DNA of 64,000 bases from Felis catus (Eukaryota), in NCBI RefSeq assembly GCF_018350175.1, contig NC_058368.1, positions 23,624,001 through 23,688,000 of the forward strand, read 5' to 3'. Below are positions 63,104 to 64,000 of this stretch, piece after piece. The notes beneath the pieces were generated by a model. It did not search any database and was not told the origin of the DNA. It saw only the letters and a program-made list of their open reading frames with translations. Every line of letters begins with the position of its first letter. The first letter of the stretch is position 1. The translations under genes were made by a program, and so were the position numbers.

Positions 63104-63740
63104 AAGCAGTGTGGAGGTTCCTCATAAATTAAAAATAGACCTACCCTATGACCCAGCAATAGCACTGCTAGGAATTTACCCAAGGGATACAGGAGTACTG
63201 ATGCATAGGGGCACTTGTACCCCAATGTTTATAGTAGCACTCTCAACAATAGCCAAATTATGGAAAGAGCCTAAATGTCCATCAACTGATGAATGGATAA
63301 AGAAATTGTGGTTTATATACACAATGGAGTACTACATGGCAATGAGAAAGAACGAAATATGGCCCTTTGTAGCAACGTGGATGGAACTGGAGAGTGTGAT
63401 GCTAAGTGAAATAAGCCATACAGAGAAAGACAGATACCATATGTTTTCACTCTTATGTGGATCCTGAGAAACTTAACAGAAACCCATGGAGGAGGGGAAG
63501 GAAAAAAAAAAAAAGAGGTTAGAGTGGGAGAGAGCCAAAGCATAAGAGACTGTTAAAAACTGAGAACAAACTGAGGGTTGATGGGGGGTGGGAGGGAGGG
63601 GAGGGTGGGTGATGGGTATTGAGGAGGGCACCTTTTGGGATGAGCACTGGGTGTTGTATGGAAACCAATTTGACAATAAATTTCATATATTGAAAAAAAA
63701 AGTAATCAGAATATAAAAATAAAAAAAAATAAAAAAATAA
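63104..63740 (+). mobile_element. Young 5'-truncated L1_Fc
   Basis: Open ORF2 C-terminal frame ([14 protein letters not shown]...CPSTDEWIKK); perfect 18-bp TSD agaatggttttccagtcc (63086-63103; 63741-63758). Confidence 0.97.
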
Positions 63741-63885
63741 AGAATGGTTTTCCAGTCCTTCTCTATAGGAACATTGGGGTTTTCATGTTCTCATTAATCA
63801 GAGATGTACTCCTAGATTCAAAGCAGCAGTACAAATAGGTAAGGATCTAGGACATATTACAGTAACTCGAAGATGCATTAATATC

Positions 63886-64000
63886 AGGGGTTCTCAAAGT
63901 TTAGAGTGTATAAACACCATCTAAGTTTTGTTTAAAATGTGAATTCCTGGGTATTACCCAGATATTTTGATTCAGAGATGTGGGATGGGGTCTAGAAATT
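63886..64000. mobile_element. MER5-like hAT MITE (runs off window)
   Basis: caggggttctcaaagttt...tttaaaatg..attcctggg...tgattcag. Confidence 0.7.

Noticed and set aside
63111..63467. 118-aa ORF, and the similar pair 47619-47837 / 63473-63676
   Set aside because: L1 ORF2 C-terminus and antisense 3' UTR of truncated copies; not host genes.
1..64000. CRISPR arrays, rRNA, bona fide tRNA, prokaryotic systems
   Set aside because: None seen; the tRNA-like boxes belong to SINE heads and the DNA is mammalian.

Overview
This is AT-rich mammalian DNA from a felid, most likely the Felis/domestic cat lineage. The assignment rests on 21 tRNA-derived Can-SINEs, four of them of the young SINEC_Fc type, and on young L1_Fc-type 3' ends. 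Roughly half of the window is interspersed repeat (L1, L2, MIR, MLT1/ERV LTRs, hAT MITEs, microsatellites). No intact known protein-coding gene is recognisable, and essentially all track ORFs are repeat-derived or chance. The main observation is a repeat-poor block at about 15.1-19.5 kb with six + strand exon-like segments. They have canonical splice sites, mostly compatible phases, a Kozak ATG, a terminal stop and an AATAAA. After repairing a few stops and frameshifts, the conceptual translation resembles a PH domain followed by an IRS-type PTB domain (DOK/FRS2/IRS-like adaptor). It is a candidate unitary pseudogene of a gene I cannot name; the homology is by eye and needs HMM confirmation. 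Other findings are atypical retrotransposition events (two L1 3' transductions, a twin-primed micro-L1, a TSD-less SINE, a SINE with tail sequence at its 5' end), an orphan insertion in an old L1, a CpG-retaining patch and a few candidate enhancers. Repeat family names are from recall and boundaries of old repeats are approximate.
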